Assembly: GCF_006345805.1 (NCBI RefSeq) | Contig: NC_042999.1 | Span: 156,178,001-156,242,000, forward strand | Reading direction: 5' to 3' | Origin: Octopus sinensis | Taxonomy: Eukaryota | DNA length: 64,000 nucleotides | Shown here: piece after piece, positions 38,281 through 51,895 of the stretch | How positions within the stretch are numbered: position 1 is the first letter of the stretch | Layout of the letters: every line of letters begins with the position of its first letter | The notes under the pieces: model-generated | Database searches by the model: none | Seen by the model: the letters and a program-made list of their open reading frames with translations, nothing else | What the model was told of the DNA's origin: nothing | Position numbers and translations under genes: made by a program

Positions 38281-38829
38281 GAAACTACAAGGGATAACAC
38301 GCATTTTTGTCTGTCTCCTGTCAAAACTTATTTCTCCAGTGTTCACCACTTCAACTTATTATGGCTTAACAGCCCTTACTGTTTGTTTTAACTGTCCCAT
38401 CTTTGTTACCAACTTCAACCCTCTGCAAATCCCAAATTTTATTTAATTTGCTTTGCGGGAGCGACTGTTTTGATGAAGACGCATTTTTTCCGAACACTCG
38501 AAATGTGAAATAGATAAAACAGGGGACAACTGATGAAGGGATTCTTCTTTATGTTACCTGTCTCATTTTTCTATTTGTTTCTTTCGTTGTTTGCAAAAAA
38601 AGTTCATTTTCCATGTTTTTGTATTTCATGTTCTCGTTTTTCATGTTGTTTGCTTTTTCTGACGTCCTTTACCCATATATGCACATGTATATATATCTAT
38701 ATGTAAGTATGTATATGTATATATATATATATTTCACTAATTTTGTCACAGATTGGCTGACTGAAAATTCTTAGATTTTTCAATTCTATTTCAATATTAT
38801 CAGCATTAAATTACAGCTTCTGTTACATT

Positions 38830-39420
38830 CTTGGGAGAAAAACTATAAGTAGTTGATAGCTTCCATTACCTGGGGGACCAAGTCAGTAGCAGGGGTGGAT
38901 GCTCTGATAGTGTAGCTGCTAGAATAAGAATAGCCTGGGAAAAGTTCAGAGAGCTCCTACTTCTGCTGGTGACAAAGAGCCTCTCACTCAGAGTAAAAGT
39001 TAGACTGTATGTCGCATGTGAATGAACAGCCATGCTACATGGCAGTGAAACATGGGCTGTGACTGCAGAGGACATGTATAAGCTTGCAAAGGAATGAAGA
39101 GAGAATGCTCCACTGGATGTGTAATGTCAGTGTGCATACACGACACAGTGTAAGTGCCCTGAGAGAAAAGTTGGATTTAAGAAGCATCAGATGTGGTGTG
39201 CGAGAGAGAGGACTGCACTGGTATGGCCATGTGTTGCAAGTGAACCAGGACAGCTGTGTGAAAAAGTGTCACACCCTAGCAGTTGAGGGAAACTGTGGAG
39301 GAGGTAGACCTAGGCAAACCTTGGATGAGGTGGTAAAGCATGACCTTCGAACATTGGGCCTTACTAAGGCAATGACTAGTGACCGGGACCTTTGGAGATA
39401 TGGTGAGCTTGAGAAAATAC
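38830..39420 (+). mobile_element. RTE LINE 3' fragment
   Basis: SFHYLGDQVSS..HGSETW..WYGHV..GRPRQT; same family as 31905-33770. Confidence 0.88.
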
Positions 39421-42360
39421 AAGAAACCAGTGGGTGTAACCAGCCCAGCCCATTTATGAATACTCCTCATTCATTGGACAATAAACCTTGTTTGTTAAGA
39501 CCTATTGAGGCAAGTGAAATCAATATCAAAATTGCTGCCATGGCCGATGACAGTGCCGCCTGATTGGCACTCGGGCCAGTAGAATGTTAAAAGCACATCC
39601 AAACGTGGAGTGTAACTGGCCCACATATGAGTACCCCTCATTTATTGGACAATGAACTTTGCTTGCGAAGACCTATTGAGGCAAGTGTAAAGAAATCAAA
39701 TTCGCTGATGTGGCCGATGACAGTGCCTCCTGATTGGCACACATGCCAGTGGAACGTTAAAAGCACATCCAAGCATGATCACTGCCAGGGCCATGGATTG
39801 GTTCCCATGCCAATGACACGTAAAAAGCACTATTTGAGTGTGGTCGTTGCCAGTGCCGCCGGACAGGTTCCCGTGCAGGTAGCATGTAAAATACCTTTCG
39901 AGAGTAGTTGTTGCCAGTACTGCCTGGTTGGCCCTTGTACCAGTGGCACATAAAAGCACCCACTACACTTTCTGAGTGGTTGGCATTAGGAAGGGCATCC
40001 AGCTGTAGAAACTTTGCCAGATCAGAGTGAGCCTGGTGCGGCCTCTGACTCACTAGTCCTCAGTCAAACCATCAAACCCATGCCAGCATGGAAAGCGGAA
40101 GTAAAACGATGATGATGAGGATATATACTAGCTGGCATATACTAGTAATACCCAGAAAAGTGGGGGATATTTCCAGTTCCTATTCCCATAACACTGTTTC
40201 ATGTGCTCTCCCATTCCCTGTCCAGTTCCTGTTTTAGTTCCGCTCGCATTCCTGTCCCCCATGCTATGTCAATATATAAGTTTTAGAATCATTTAGGTGT
40301 AACTAAGCCATTAAATATTTTATTAACCTTTATGGTAATAGTTTATTGCTAAAAATAGGCATTACAAACTAATAATACAATTAGTGGGTTCTTGCTGTTG
40401 TTTGTTCCTTCTCGAGCCATGCCTGGCTCATAAGGGCCGGTTTCCCGGTTTCCTTGGCATATAGGTTCCCCACCTGGATGGGACGCCGGTCCATCGCAGG
40501 TGAGCTGCAAGATGCAGGAGGAAAGAGTGAGAGAAAGTTGTGGCGAAAGAGTCAGCAGAAGTTTGCCATTACCTTCTGCCAGAGCCGCGTGGAGCTTAGG
40601 TGTTTTCGCTCATAAACACACACATCGCCTGGTTTGAGATTCGAACCCGCGATCCCTCGACCGTGAGTCCACTGCTCTAACCACTAGGCAATGTGCCTCC
40701 TCACAATTAGTGGGTGAATAAAGAAGGTCTATATATCATTTTTATCAAAAAAATATGCATCTGAGTAAAATAAATTCGATAAATAAAGGCACAGGAGTGG
40801 CTGTGTGGTAAGTAGCTTGCTAACCAACCACATGGTTCTGGGTTCAGTCCCACTGCGTGGCATCTTAGGCAAGTGCCTTCTGCTATAGCCTCGGGCCGAC
40901 CAAAGCATTGTGAGTGGATTTGGTAGATGGAAACTGAAAGAAGCCTGTCGTATATATGTATATGTATGTGTGTGTATATGTTTGTGTGTCTGTGTTTGTC
41001 CCTCCAGCATTGCTTGACAACCAATGCTGGTGTATTTAAGTCCCCGTCACTTAGCGGTTCGGCAAAAGAGACCGATAGAATAAGTAGTGGGCTTACAAAG
41101 AATAAGTCCCGGGGTCGATTTGCTCGACTAAAGGCGGTGCTCCAGCATGGCCGCAGTCAAATGACTGAAACAAGTAAAAGGGTAAATAGATTTACAAACA
41201 CATTGACAAATAGTCACGTTTTTAGCTTATTATAGCTGATTTTAAACATATAACATCCACCCCCCCACTCCCTAGAGGGCCCATTATAGATTTTTATTGA
41301 AATCCCAATCGCCTATAATTCAACTGGATGTTAGGAACAAATAAATAACAAAATTTGATTTAATAAGGAAAATTATTTCAATATATTACGTTTATATTCT
41401 CTTTACTTGTTTCAGTCATTTGACTGCGGCCATGCTGGAGCACCGCCTTTAGTCGAGCAAATCGACCCCGGGACTTATTCTTTGTAAGCCCAGTACTTAT
41501 TCTATCGGTCTCTTTCGCCGAATCGCTAAGTGACGGGGACGTAAACACACCAGCATCGGTTGTCAAGCAATGCTAGGGGGACAAACACACACACACATAC
41601 ATATATACGATAGGCTTCTTTCAGTTTCCGTCTACCAAATTCACTCACATTGGTCGGCCCAAGGCTATAGCAGAAGGCACTTGCCCAAGATTCCACGCAG
41701 TGGGACTGAACCCGGAACCATGTAGCTGGTTAGCAAGCTACTTACCACACAGCCACTCCTGCGCCTATATATTTGTTTTGCAAGATTTTTGATGTGAAAT
41801 CATGTGTTGAAACAGATATTGTTGCATTTAGGAATGGTCATTTTGCCAGTTTAGCCAATAAATACAAAATACAAAATGGCTGACCGTTAGTAAGGCGAGA
41901 CACACAGATAAGAAAGAAGAAAGCAAAGGACCACTGATGCGGTCACAGGAGTGTGACGAAAGAACTCTGGCCGAAATAAGATTAAGATTAATGTAAAAAA
42001 TAAATAATGCTGAAGCAAAGTAACACCAAATATATAGTGCGTGTGTTTTTATTGGCTAAACTGGCAAAATGACCATTCCTAAATACAACAATATTTCAAT
42101 ATACCAAATTTGAAAATTTTGACATACTTTTAAAATCTCACAATATGAGAGAAAGAAAGTTATAGGAAGTGATACACACACACACACACACATGCAAATT
42201 TACAAATGCATACACAGGTAATCACAAGTTTAAAATAGTAGACCTATGTAGGTATGTATGAATGTAAGCATATTTATGTATGTGTGTGTGTCTGTGTGTG
42301 ACAGCAAAAAAAGCCACCTACCCCTCTCTCTTTAAAGTTATGTATTCCTCACACCCACCC

Positions 42361-42394
<34 letters not shown>

Positions 42395-43853
42395 ACGCGC
42401 ATGTTGTATCTATGTATTTACAAAAGTATGTATACAGCATCATGTGCGTATGACAGCTTTCTTTAACATTACCATCGTATTCTCAATGCTGTTCTCGCCT
42501 TCACTGATATAAGTCACTCACTCTCTGTTACCACCTCAGACTGGAGGGGCAGGAGGCACATTATAGATTTTTATTGAATTGATGTGTCATATGTATGCAA
42601 AGTTTCATGAATATTGGTTCGGTGGTTTAAACACTAAGATGGTAACAGACAGACAGAAATTGCCAAATTTATATAGATACGACAGGCTTCTTTCAGTTTC
42701 CATCTACCAAATCCATTCACAAGGCTTTGGTTGGCCCAAGGCTATAGCAAGAGACACTTGCCAAGGTGCTGTGCAGTGGGACTGAACAGGGAATCACATG
42801 GTTGGGAAGCAAGCTTCTTACCACACATGCACAATTCATGAATATACAACATCAGTCTCACTTTCATGAAAGTGAAAGTGAAACAAATTCATCTTATAGA
42901 TCTTCAATGAAGACCATGAAATGTTTTTTGCTTTCACTTCTCACATGATCTGTTTTTTGTGTTTCACTTTTGTCATGACTGTAGTGATGTAACAGAGATT
43001 GGGTGGATCAGACCGGATAGCCATATTATATGCATGTGTGTGTGGTTGTGAAGGGGGAGACAGGAAAAAAAGGTCACATTTAGACAGGGAAAGAACTTGG
43101 CTTAGGGGATGTAAACACAGACCTGAAATTTTTTACAAGGTCCATTTTTAAGATTGATTAATATTCTTTTCTACTCTCAGCACAAGGCCTGAAATTATTG
43201 GGGAGGGGGGCCAGTTGATTAGATCAACTCCAGTATACTACTGGTACTTAATTTATTGACCCCAAAAGAATGAAAGACAAGGTTGACCTAGGTGGAATTT
43301 GAACTCAGAACGTAGACAAATGAAATACCTATTTCTTTACTACACACAAGGGGCTAAACAGAGAGAGGACAAACGGATTAAGTTGATTATATCAACCCCA
43401 GTGCACAACTGGTACTTATTTAATCGACCCCAAAAGGATGAAAGACAAGGCTGACCTATTCGGAATTTGAACTCAGAACGTAAAGACAAATGAAATACCG
43501 CTAAGCATTTCACCCAGCATGCTAACACTGCTGCCAGCTTGCTGCCTTAGATTAATATTAAAACAAACAGGTATAATTATTATAATATTTAGGATGGTGA
43601 ACTGGCAAAACTTAGCATGCTTGGCAGAATGCTTAGTGGCCTTTCTCTTTTACTCTTTTGCTTGTTTCAGTCATTTGACAGCAGCCATGCTGGAGCACTG
43701 CCTTTAGTCAAGCAAATCGACCCCAGAACTTATTCTTTGGAAGCCTAGTACTTATTCTATCAGACTCTTTTGCCAAACTGCTAAGTTACGGAGACATAAA
43801 CAAACCACCATCGGTTGTCAAGCGATGTTGGGGGGACAAACACAGACACCCAT

Positions 43854-43887
<34 letters not shown>

Positions 43888-44629
43888 GACGGGCTTCTTT
43901 CAGTTTCCGTCTACCAAATCCACTCACAAGGCTTTGGTCGGCCTGAGGCTATAGTAGAAGACACTTGCCCAAGGTGCCATTCAGTGGGACTGAACCTGGA
44001 ACCATGTGGTTCGTAAGCAAGCTACTTATCACACAGCCACTCCTACGCCTATAGCTACTTATTTCTTTATTGCCCACAAAGGGCTAAACAAAGAGGGGAC
44101 AAACAAGGACAAAGGGATTAAGTCGATTACATCGGCCCCAGTGCGTAACTGATACTTAATTTATCGACCCCAAAAGGATGAAAGGCAAAGTCGACCTTTG
44201 AACTCAGAACGTAACCGGGAGACGAAATACCTATTTCTTTACTACTCACAAGGGGCTAAACACAGAGGGGACAAACAAGGACAGACAGACGGTATTTCGT
44301 CTGCCGTTACTTATTTAATCGACCCCGAAAGGATAAAAGACAAAGTCGGCCTCAGCGGAATTTGAACTCAGAACATAACAGCAGACGAAATACGGCTATG
44401 CATTTCGCTCGGCGTGCTAACGTTTCTGCCAGCTCACCGCCTTTGTGAAATTTTATACTTGAGTAGCACTATGACCCAGCAACGCCTGGTCATAATGCTA
44501 GTGCATGCATATACAGCTGCGTGTGTGTGTGCACATACATGCGAGTACTGTCCAAATCTCCGACCAATTACATACAGCTAGCTAGCATTCAATTGGCATA
44601 TCAAGTTTCGGGTGTTTTGATTGGATAAA

Positions 44630-44810
44630 CGAATGTTGAGGTGGTTTGGCCACATGGAGAGGATGGATGAGGAGCAGATGGTAAGGAGGATGATGAAGGC
44701 AGAAGTGGTAGGCAGCAGAATCAGAGGCAGACGTCGGTTTATGTAGACGGATGGAGTGAGGAAAACTTTGGTGGTCAGAGGTATTGGAGTGAGAGAGGCA
44801 AGAGAGTTAA
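44630..44810 (+). mobile_element. RTE LINE C-terminal remnant
   Basis: MLRWFGHMERMDEEQMVRRMMKAEVVGSRIRGR. Confidence 0.75.
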
Positions 44811-45165
44811 TAAACAGGTTATCTTTCGTTTTCCACCACTGAAAGTCACTTAAAGGTCAGAGGTAGTTAGACCGGGTAATAATATACCCAAGACCTAGGT
44901 TACGCCACAACACATAGACGGCTTATTTTCCTACTTCCGTGTGCGAAGATTGACTTCGCATCTCTTCAAACTACGAAGAGAGAATTAAATAAGATGAATT
45001 AATGCATTCAGGCAGTGATGTTTTAAGCCATGGACACACAGGCTGTCGGCCAGGGTCCCCTAGGCCCAATACTAATCTACTTAATGCCTAGTTGTTGTAT
45101 AGGCAACGACCCTTGTACACTGCTTTGCCGGGGGTGGTGAAGATGCTGTAATAATGTTACGACAG

Positions 45166-45372
45166 GGATCTTTTCAATTCTGAAGCCAGTTTTTTCAAAT
45201 TTTTCCTAGATCTGTGGTCCTGGCTTCAGAATTGAAAAGATCCTAGATTTTTCTCAAATAAACTAGTTCCAACCTGTGTCTTGTTTTGCTAGACTCTATC
45301 AGCATACGAAGTTTCAGAATATTTAGTTAAGTAGAAAGATCTGTGGTCCTGGCTTCAGAATTGAAAAGATCC
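45166..45372. mobile_element. Related Merlin-like MITE
   Basis: TIR GGATCTTTTCAATTCTGAAGCCAG; TSD TACGACAG/TAGGACAG; extra internal copy of the right end near 45208-45243. Confidence 0.7.
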
Positions 45373-46410
45373 TAGGACAGCTCTAAATTCAAGTTAAGTA
45401 TAACTATCGTTGCTGTTTAGCCCCTAGATCAATTCTGATCAAGTAGGCTTATAATAAAAGGTATCAGCGGAGGTAATGAATACGTACACCACCCGTTTTC
45501 GGCGTAACAACCCTAAACATCGAGTGTACGCATTCTTTACTTTCGCCAAGGTATCATCATCTGGAGTTTTGTTGTTGCTTTATTCAGACGATATGATGTA
45601 AATTGAAGGATAGGGTACTTGGCTGCTATTTCTAACAAATCAAAAAGCAATATAGAGGCTCCGTCGTTGGCCCGTTATGATTGTATAGGGGTCATTTGAT
45701 GTGTTAGCATTGTTTCAAGGGTTATTCTGTTCCGTTGCTTCAAATATTGTTTTTAAATTAGATATAAATTTGAACAAGATGTAATTTGAGGAGCATTTTG
45801 GCTACTATTTCTAGCAGAGCGAAGGGACATGTAGACACCTTGTGGTTTGTTGGCACTGTGGTTTAGCCATTTACTGTTAGTTAATAAATGACGAAAATGT
45901 TTAATTACTGTTAACTATTATCTATGGTATGTAAGTGAAACGTGACCGTTTTTCCGCAACTTTTTTGACTTTTCAATCTTCATTTTCCTTGATCCTAAAC
46001 TAACCACTGGTTACTCAAAACCAACGAGAGATCTGCGAATTCGTTCAACCTGCTAGAAATAACAGCCAAAAAGCCTTCAGGTTACATCTCATAGTCTTAA
46101 AACGACGATTCTTTATATTTACAACCATAAACTTGCATGAAAATATAAACAGGAACCAGAATACAATACAAAACACGAACATCATTAAATTTACTAAAGA
46201 AACAAATTAAAATGCTCCAAATATGTTATGTTCAATAATATATTTTAAAAGTTAAACTTTGAATTGTACTGACTGACATAAACTCAAGCATCACAGAATA
46301 TAAAATATACATTTAGCAAAGATAATATTGTGAGATCCTATAAGGAATTAAAACCAGATTCTTTTAGAAATTTACATGCAGGGTTCCTTGTAATGTCACT
46401 TATAGAAGAA

Positions 46411-46811
46411 GGATCTTTTCGGTTTGAACAGTAGTTTTTAAAATAATTTCTAGGTAACTAAAAAAATTTAAACTTCGTATACTGGTAGAATGTGTTTATA
46501 AAACATCTTTTTCGCTTGGCTGTCTTGAGAAAATTCTATAGTTTGTAAGATATTTGTTGTTGTTTTTTCTGCAATTTCAACCAATCAATGATGTCTATTG
46601 AGGTGAAAACATTCTGTGCCGTATGAATATGTCCCTCGTTTAAGAAACAGATTGGGTTTATTTACATTTCTGAAGAAAAAAAGATACCCTTCCCCCACCC
46701 CTAACCCTAAAACAGATTGAAATGCAATAGATCGATACTAGGGTCATAATTATGAGTGACAATTTCATATGAGACCGCTAGAAAAAACTGCCGTTCAAAC
46801 CGAAAAGATCC
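46411..46811. mobile_element. MITE, Merlin-like (GGATC termini, 8-bp TSD)
   Basis: TIR GGATCTTTTCGGTTTGAAC; perfect TSD TAGAAGAA; internal CCCTAA repeats. Confidence 0.8.
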
Positions 46812-47211
46812 TAGAAGAATTTGACAGAGTCATTCGATCCGTTAGAAATGGTTTGACTCGTCTCCTAACCAAAATAGGAAGCCCCCAAAATAATATAAAG
46901 TCGACCTTTGTACGGGAAATAAAACAAAAAAGCCAGACTCTTTTTACGCTATCTCAGTATTATCTCTTCCTGCTGAATTTTAACAATTTAAGAGATAATA
47001 CCCAACTTGTCATCTAGTTTAACACCGCTGCTTGGCTTTAAAAACTTGACCGAATTTACTGTTACAAGCATTCAAGAACAGGTTTACGAATTGTGGTTTT
47101 TACCATCTATTCCCCCAACTGTCCGGGAGACCCTTCAAAACATTTATGGACCCTGCCCGTCTCTTATGACAACGCCATAAAGAGAAATAAAGGATTAAAT
47201 AATATCAGTTG

Positions 47212-47377
47212 ATTTTATTGTGTCTGGGGAGAGTCATTCTCTTTTAGTGCCTTATTACTTAACACACTCGCCAGTTCGATTTCCACAGATAAAAATAAGT
47301 GAATGGAAATCGAACTGGTGAGTGTGTTAAGTAATAAGGCACTAAAAGAGAATGACTCTCCCCAGACACGATAAAAT
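47212..47377. repeat. Near-perfect palindrome with ~73-bp arms, same family as 4213-4522
   Basis: TGTGTCTGGGGAGAGTCATTCTCTTTTAGTGCC... and ...GGCACTAAAAGAGAATGACTCTCCCCAGACAC. Confidence 0.88.
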
Positions 47378-48029
47378 ATATTTCAACACACGAATTCACA
47401 TAAAGAATCTTGCAAACCAAATACAAAAACAAAATTAATGAACGTAAATATTTAAATTGGCAATCTATCGTTTTGACTCGGGGTCGTGTTCGAAACAGCC
47501 TTAAAAACTTTGGTGTTTAGAAAAATTAATGTTCGTGTTTATAATTCTATTTTAGCTACCTTTTCTTATTTATTACAGAGGCAATATGAGACATTAGACA
47601 ATGTAATGCACTGTACAATTCCATTATCGAATACTTTCGTTAATCAAATACTTTAAAACGAACTCATATCATGTAAAGCGGGAGGGGTTTGTTTTGTTTT
47701 TATTATCACAGATTCATTCGATCTCATCGATACACTTTCCATTATCGAATACTTTAATTGCACAATTTTTTCAAATCGACTATCAACTTGTTGTTAATTA
47801 CTAAAAGGATGTAATAACATCAAGTATGGTCCAAAATAGCAACAAAGTACTTCAAGCACACTCCTATAATTGACTAAACCAAGTTAAATGATCGAAACAT
47901 TTAATCGCACATATATATATCTATCTGTCTGTCTGTCTCTCTTTTTTTCTCCCACACATTATTATTATTGTGTAAGTATTATGCAAATAACATAACATTA
48001 AAAAAATAAAGAAATTACCACATACCAAT

Positions 48030-48760
48030 ATAATTCTCATGAAGAAAGCTGGTCATTGATTGTAACTTCAATAAATATTCAAATTATAACAGGTCCAATT
48101 GGCAGTCTCTTATTGTATATATGACAAAAAATTCCCGGGAAAGAAGCTTTTGCGTCGTTGTTCGACCTGCTAAAAATAACAGTCGAATCTCGCTCAAACC
48201 ACACCCTAACGTCTTAAACAAAGAAAAGAGTACCTTAAATAATGTTGTCTTGGATAGATTGAAAAAAAAAAAAACCCCAGCCAACTCACATATTGTATAA
48301 TTTACTTGTCTGCCTATATCTTGATATCTATATAGGCCTATATATCTACTATTTTTACCTTATCTATTTGTATTTTGTTTGTTTGTTTTTTCCACAAATG
48401 CCATTACAGTAATGAGTTGATAAAGTTTCAGTAATAAGCTTAAGCTACAATATAACTATTTTTTAAAAAATTGGTATTCGGAAGGCTACCAAATTAATAA
48501 TGCAGTAAATCTTACACATCACAAGTATGTTTTATACATACGTGACTACAGTTGAAGTTAGTCTTCGCACTAAAAAGCTTCTTATGAAATTACGGGAATC
48601 AAAGCTCTGTTCGTAATACAGAGGAGTAGTGCGAGAGAGAGAGAGAGAGAGAGAAAGAGAACAGGAGGAGGAGGAGAGAGAGAGATTACAAGTACCTGGC
48701 TGCTGTATACATCCGGGAGGATGTTTCATAATTCGTCTAATATGTAAACTCGTTCCTAGT
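48030..48760 (-). promoter_or_regulatory. Candidate 5' regulatory region and non-coding first exon of the JAK gene, with STAT-type motifs
   Basis: Repeat-poor segment with more CpG than its surroundings. Possible donor CAG|GTACTT at 48695. TTC-N4-GAA at 48034, 48132 and 48579; TTACGGGAA at 48590. Confidence 0.35.
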
Positions 48761-49384
48761 TACGTTATTTTGTCGTCTTCTCTTATTTGACGAATAAATT
48801 TCAACCCCAGTCCAATTTATCCATTTACGACGATCTCAGCGAACATTTTAAAAGCTCAGAATGTTTTTAAAATCCACATAAGGATACGCGCAGGAGTGGC
48901 TGTGTGGTAAGTAGCTTGCTAACCAACCACATGGTTTCGGGTTCAGTCCCACTGCGTGGCATCTTGGGCAAGTGTCTTCTGCTATAGCCCCGGGCCGACC
49001 AATGACTTGTGAGTGGATTTGGTAGACGGAAACTGAAAGAAGCCCGTCGTATATATGTATATATATATATATATGTGTGTGTATATGTGTTTGTGTGTAT
49101 GTGTTTGTCCCCCTAGCATTGCTTGACAACCGATGCTGGTGTGTTTACGTCCCCGTCACTTAGCGGTTCGGCGAAAGAGACCGATAGAATAAGTAGTGGG
49201 CTTACAAAGAATAAGTCCCGGGGTCGATTTGTTCGACTAAAGGCGGTGCTCCAGCATGGCCGCAGTCAAATGACTGAAACAAGTAAAAATAGAATAAGAA
49301 ACAGCAATGAAGTGGGAAAATCAAATAAAATACATGTGAAAATATGTACAAATCATTTATTAAAACAAATATAAACTTTTAAAA

Positions 49385-49579
49385 GGCGATCCTTCGGTAT
49401 AGGTACCGTAAGTGCAGGAAGTGATTTTGTCTACATTTCTGAAGATAACAGAAACCCTTTTCTCCCACCCCTAACGCAAACACAAACCCTAACCCTACCC
49501 CTAACTCCCCATATATATATAAAAAAACACTTTCTTGAAATGTATCCGCTATTTCCGGTACCTATACCGAAGTTACGCC
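49385..49579. mobile_element. Unclassified MITE with internal telomere-like repeats
   Basis: Inverted termini CTTCGGTATAGGTACCG and CGGTACCTATACCGAAG with GGCG ends; internal CCCTAA-like motifs. Confidence 0.6.
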
Positions 49580-49794
49580 AAAAAATTTTTCGGAGTTTTT
49601 TTGGGGTCCCCCCCCCCCATCCATCTTTTAAATCGTTTTTCAAGTGAAGTCGCACATGCTTTGATGCTGATTACTGATGTTAGTTGAGTTATGTTTGTAC
49701 TCGCTAAGATATGTTTTATTAAATGGTGTAACACTGTTGGATTTAGGCATTAGCTAGGCAAGTTGCATGTTAGAACTATACAATACTAGCGGAC

Positions 49795-50045
49795 GTGGAG
49801 GCGCGTGGCTTAGTGGTTAGGGTGTCAGCATCATGATCCTAAGATTGCGGTTTCGATTCCTGGACCGGGCGATGCGTTGTGTTCTTGAGTAAAACACTTC
49901 ATTTCACATTGCTCCAGTCCACTCAGCTGGCAAAAATGAGTGACGCTGCGATGGACTGGCATCCCATCCAGCTGGGGAAGACATACGCCATAGAAACCGG
50001 GAAACCGGGCCCAGGAGCCTGGCAAGGCTTTAAAAAGGGCACATT
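49795..50045 (+). mobile_element. tRNA-derived SINE family E. Other copies near 15118- and 20643-
   Basis: Head GGAGGCGCGTGGCTTAGTGGTTAGGG..GGTTTCGATTCC; tail GGCTTTAAAAAGGGC. Confidence 0.82.
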
Positions 50046-50051
50046 TATTAA

Positions 50052-50280
50052 AAGCGGCGAGCTGGCAGAAACGTTAGCACACTGGGCGAAATGCGTAGCC
50101 GTATTTCGTCTGCCGTTACGTTCTGGTTCAAATTCCGCCGAGGTCGACTTTGCCTTTCATCCTTTCGGGGTTGATAAATAAAGTACCAAGTACGCACTGG
50201 GGTCGATATAATCGACTTAATCCCTTTGTCTGTCCTTGTTTGTCCCCTCTGTGTTTAGCCCCTTGTGAGTAGTAAAGAAA
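50052..50280 (+). mobile_element. tRNA-derived SINE family C. Other, often tandemly re-duplicated, copies near 3571-, 10744-, 24057+, 43165-, 44057-, 52307-, 56700-, 58740+
   Basis: Head GGCGAGCTGGCAGAAACGTTAGC..GTTCAAATTCCGCC; body GACTTTGCCTTTCATCCTTTCGGGG. Confidence 0.85.
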
Positions 50281-51593
50281 TATATACAATATTAGCGAGG
50301 GGGTCATGAATTAATTTGAAAACACATTTTGCCTTAACCTTTTTTTTTTTGCATGCTAAAATAAGATTTAAACTTCTCAAGTCTAAATCCGACCCTGAGA
50401 TAAGTAAGCTAATTATTGCCCATATAATGCCACTGCTGGGGCGCATAGCTTAGTAGTTAGGGTAATCGGCTTGCTGTGCTCATGCCTTAAGGCAGCACTG
50501 CTCAATTTAGTGGTTAGCATATTCGGTTCACAATCATGAGGTTGTGAGTTCGATACCTGGCAGCACGTTGTGTTCTAGAACAAGACGCTATCTCATGTTA
50601 CTCCAGTTAGAAATGTATTCAAAGGACCGGCCTTGTCACACTCTGTGTCATGCTGAATCTCCTGAGAATTATATTAAGGGTACACGTGTCAGTGGAGTGC
50701 TCAGCTACTTGCACGTTAGTTTCACAAGCAGGCTATTCCGTTGATCAGATCAACTTGAACCCATGTCGTCGTAACCGTGGGAGTATCAGTTTTATAGTGA
50801 AGGCGCATGGCTCAGTGGTTTGGCTCACAATCCTGAGGTAGTGAGTTCGATTTCCGGACTAAGGTATGTGTTGTGTGTCTGAGCAAGACACTTTATCTCA
50901 CGTAGCTCCAGTTCACTCAGCTATAGAGATGAGGTGCAATGTCACTGGTGCCAAGCTGTATCGACCTTTGCCTTTCCCTTGGATAACATCGGTGGTGTGG
51001 AGAGGAGAGGTTTGTATGCATGGGCGACTGTTGGTCTTCCATAGACAACCTTGCCTGGACTTATGCCTCGGAAGGGAACTTTCTAGGTGCAATCCCTTGG
51101 TTATTCATGACCAAATTGGGTGTTTAACCAATGCTACTACTTTTAACTAGAACTATCTAACTAGCTAGCAGCATGAGTTATGATAAATATCAGATGGATA
51201 TATTACGTTCACAGTTATTCAGATTTACTAATGGGGTGGGGTGTTTAGTTCCAATTTATAGACTAGTTTATCAAGTCTAATGGAAACTAGAATCTATCTT
51301 TTATGGATAGGGTAAACAGACAGTTTAAGTGGTAGAGTCATAAATCAAGATTTCTTTGAAGTAAAACCATTTTTGTTCAGTAAGAATATATTTCAGCTAA
51401 ATTTGCAGGCTAAAGCTGATGGGGTAGGGAGAGTAAAATTTATGATACTTAACTATTTGACAACCATAAACTCAGTGTTAATTTGATATACATAGGTACA
51501 TTTTAAAGAATGTTATTCACACGCACAAAAAAATCGTACTGCATTACCTGTAGATATCCTTGTTGCTTATTTTGATTATATATACATACATAT

Positions 51594-51895
51594 GTGGAGG
51601 TGCAATGGTCCTGTGGTTAGAGCACTGGACTCGCAGTCGTAGGATCGCGGTTTCGATTCCCAGACCGGGCGTTGTGAGTGTTTCTTGAGTGAAAACACCT
51701 AAAATTCCACGAGGCTCCGGCAGGGGGGGGGGTGATCCCTGCTGTACTCTTTCACCACAACTTTCTCTCACTCTTTCTTCTGTTGGCCTGCTCGCTTAGC
51801 CAGCAGGGTGGCGTCATTTGAAGGCTAAATCAATGCAAAGCGCATTGTGACCAGCGACGTGTAGCAACATCTGATAGCCTGGTCACTCACGGTGA
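51594..51895 (+). mobile_element. tRNA-derived SINE family D. Other copies near 12490-, 14309+, 14756+, 40390-, 56240-, 57373+
   Basis: Consensus head GGAGGCGCAATGGCCCAGTGGTTAGGGC..GGTTTCGATTCCC, with interchangeable 3' tails. Confidence 0.85.
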
